Below, in pieces: positions 58,717 through 58,943 of a DNA stretch of 58,943 bases. The stretch is taken from contig CAVSBT010000009.1 of assembly GCA_963726245.1 (NCBI GenBank), positions 1 to 58,943 on the forward strand, given 5' to 3'. A program made the position numbers and the translations under genes. The notes beneath the pieces are model-generated. The model saw only the letters and a list, made by a program, of their open reading frames with translations, was not told the origin of the DNA and did not search any database. The DNA is from an uncultured Chloroflexia bacterium (GTDB taxonomy: Bacteria > Chloroflexota > Dehalococcoidia > DSTF01 > JALHUB01). The stretch's first letter is position 1. Every line of letters begins with the position of its first letter.

Positions 58717-58943
58717 CTCTCTCCTCCCAGGACTACTGCTGCGGGACATCAATGATGCGCTCCACCTGCATAACCTCCACTCGACGCTCCCTCCTGGCAA
58801 ACAATACGCCCCAACGGGCCACAGATGGTGCGTCCCGTAGACTCTAGCACCATTAGTTGGCGCCTTCCAGACCCGGAAGCGGCGGGCCGTCTTCTATGGC
58901 GTCTGGGTGGCGACTCAGAGGCGGTGAGCCGCCTACTCGTAGC

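Overview
High-GC bacterial window. The gene style (Tat-lipoprotein OppA, HMGS-like/DUF35 fusion plus thiolase, IorAB, FrhB-like) suggests Chloroflexota/Dehalococcoidia; this is inference. The centrepiece is a complete, indel-free archaellum (archaeal flagellum) cluster at 11.6-19.4 kb: arlB1, arlB2, an arlCDE-like gene, arlG, arlF, arlH, arlI, arlJ. It is followed on the same strand by an acidic unknown protein and a degenerate-amidase/M23 peptidoglycan hydrolase. Upstream of the archaellins are sigma28-like promoter motifs and phased CCCCTAA boxes. A 44-45 bp hairpin follows each archaellin, in opposite orientations. Nearby are a lipid-linked glycosylation cluster (GT2, GT4, GT-C/STT3-like, flippase-like) and a Thr/Pro-rich LPxAG surface protein. 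The rest is metabolic or transport: LarA-FrhB-IorAB, MobA, GH57, L,D-transpeptidase, Opp and Liv ABC parts, acyl-CoA dehydrogenase, NagA, AGPS-GlpD-DAGK, an FG-GAP repeat protein, a CydA-like/cytochrome c pair, HMGS-DUF35/thiolase, MarR, BON and a CoA-transferase. Four GTAG-type REP palindromes are present. Many genes are split by single-base indels, most likely sequencing or assembly errors. No rRNA, tRNA or CRISPR array was found. All family calls come from motif recognition by eye; no searches were run.
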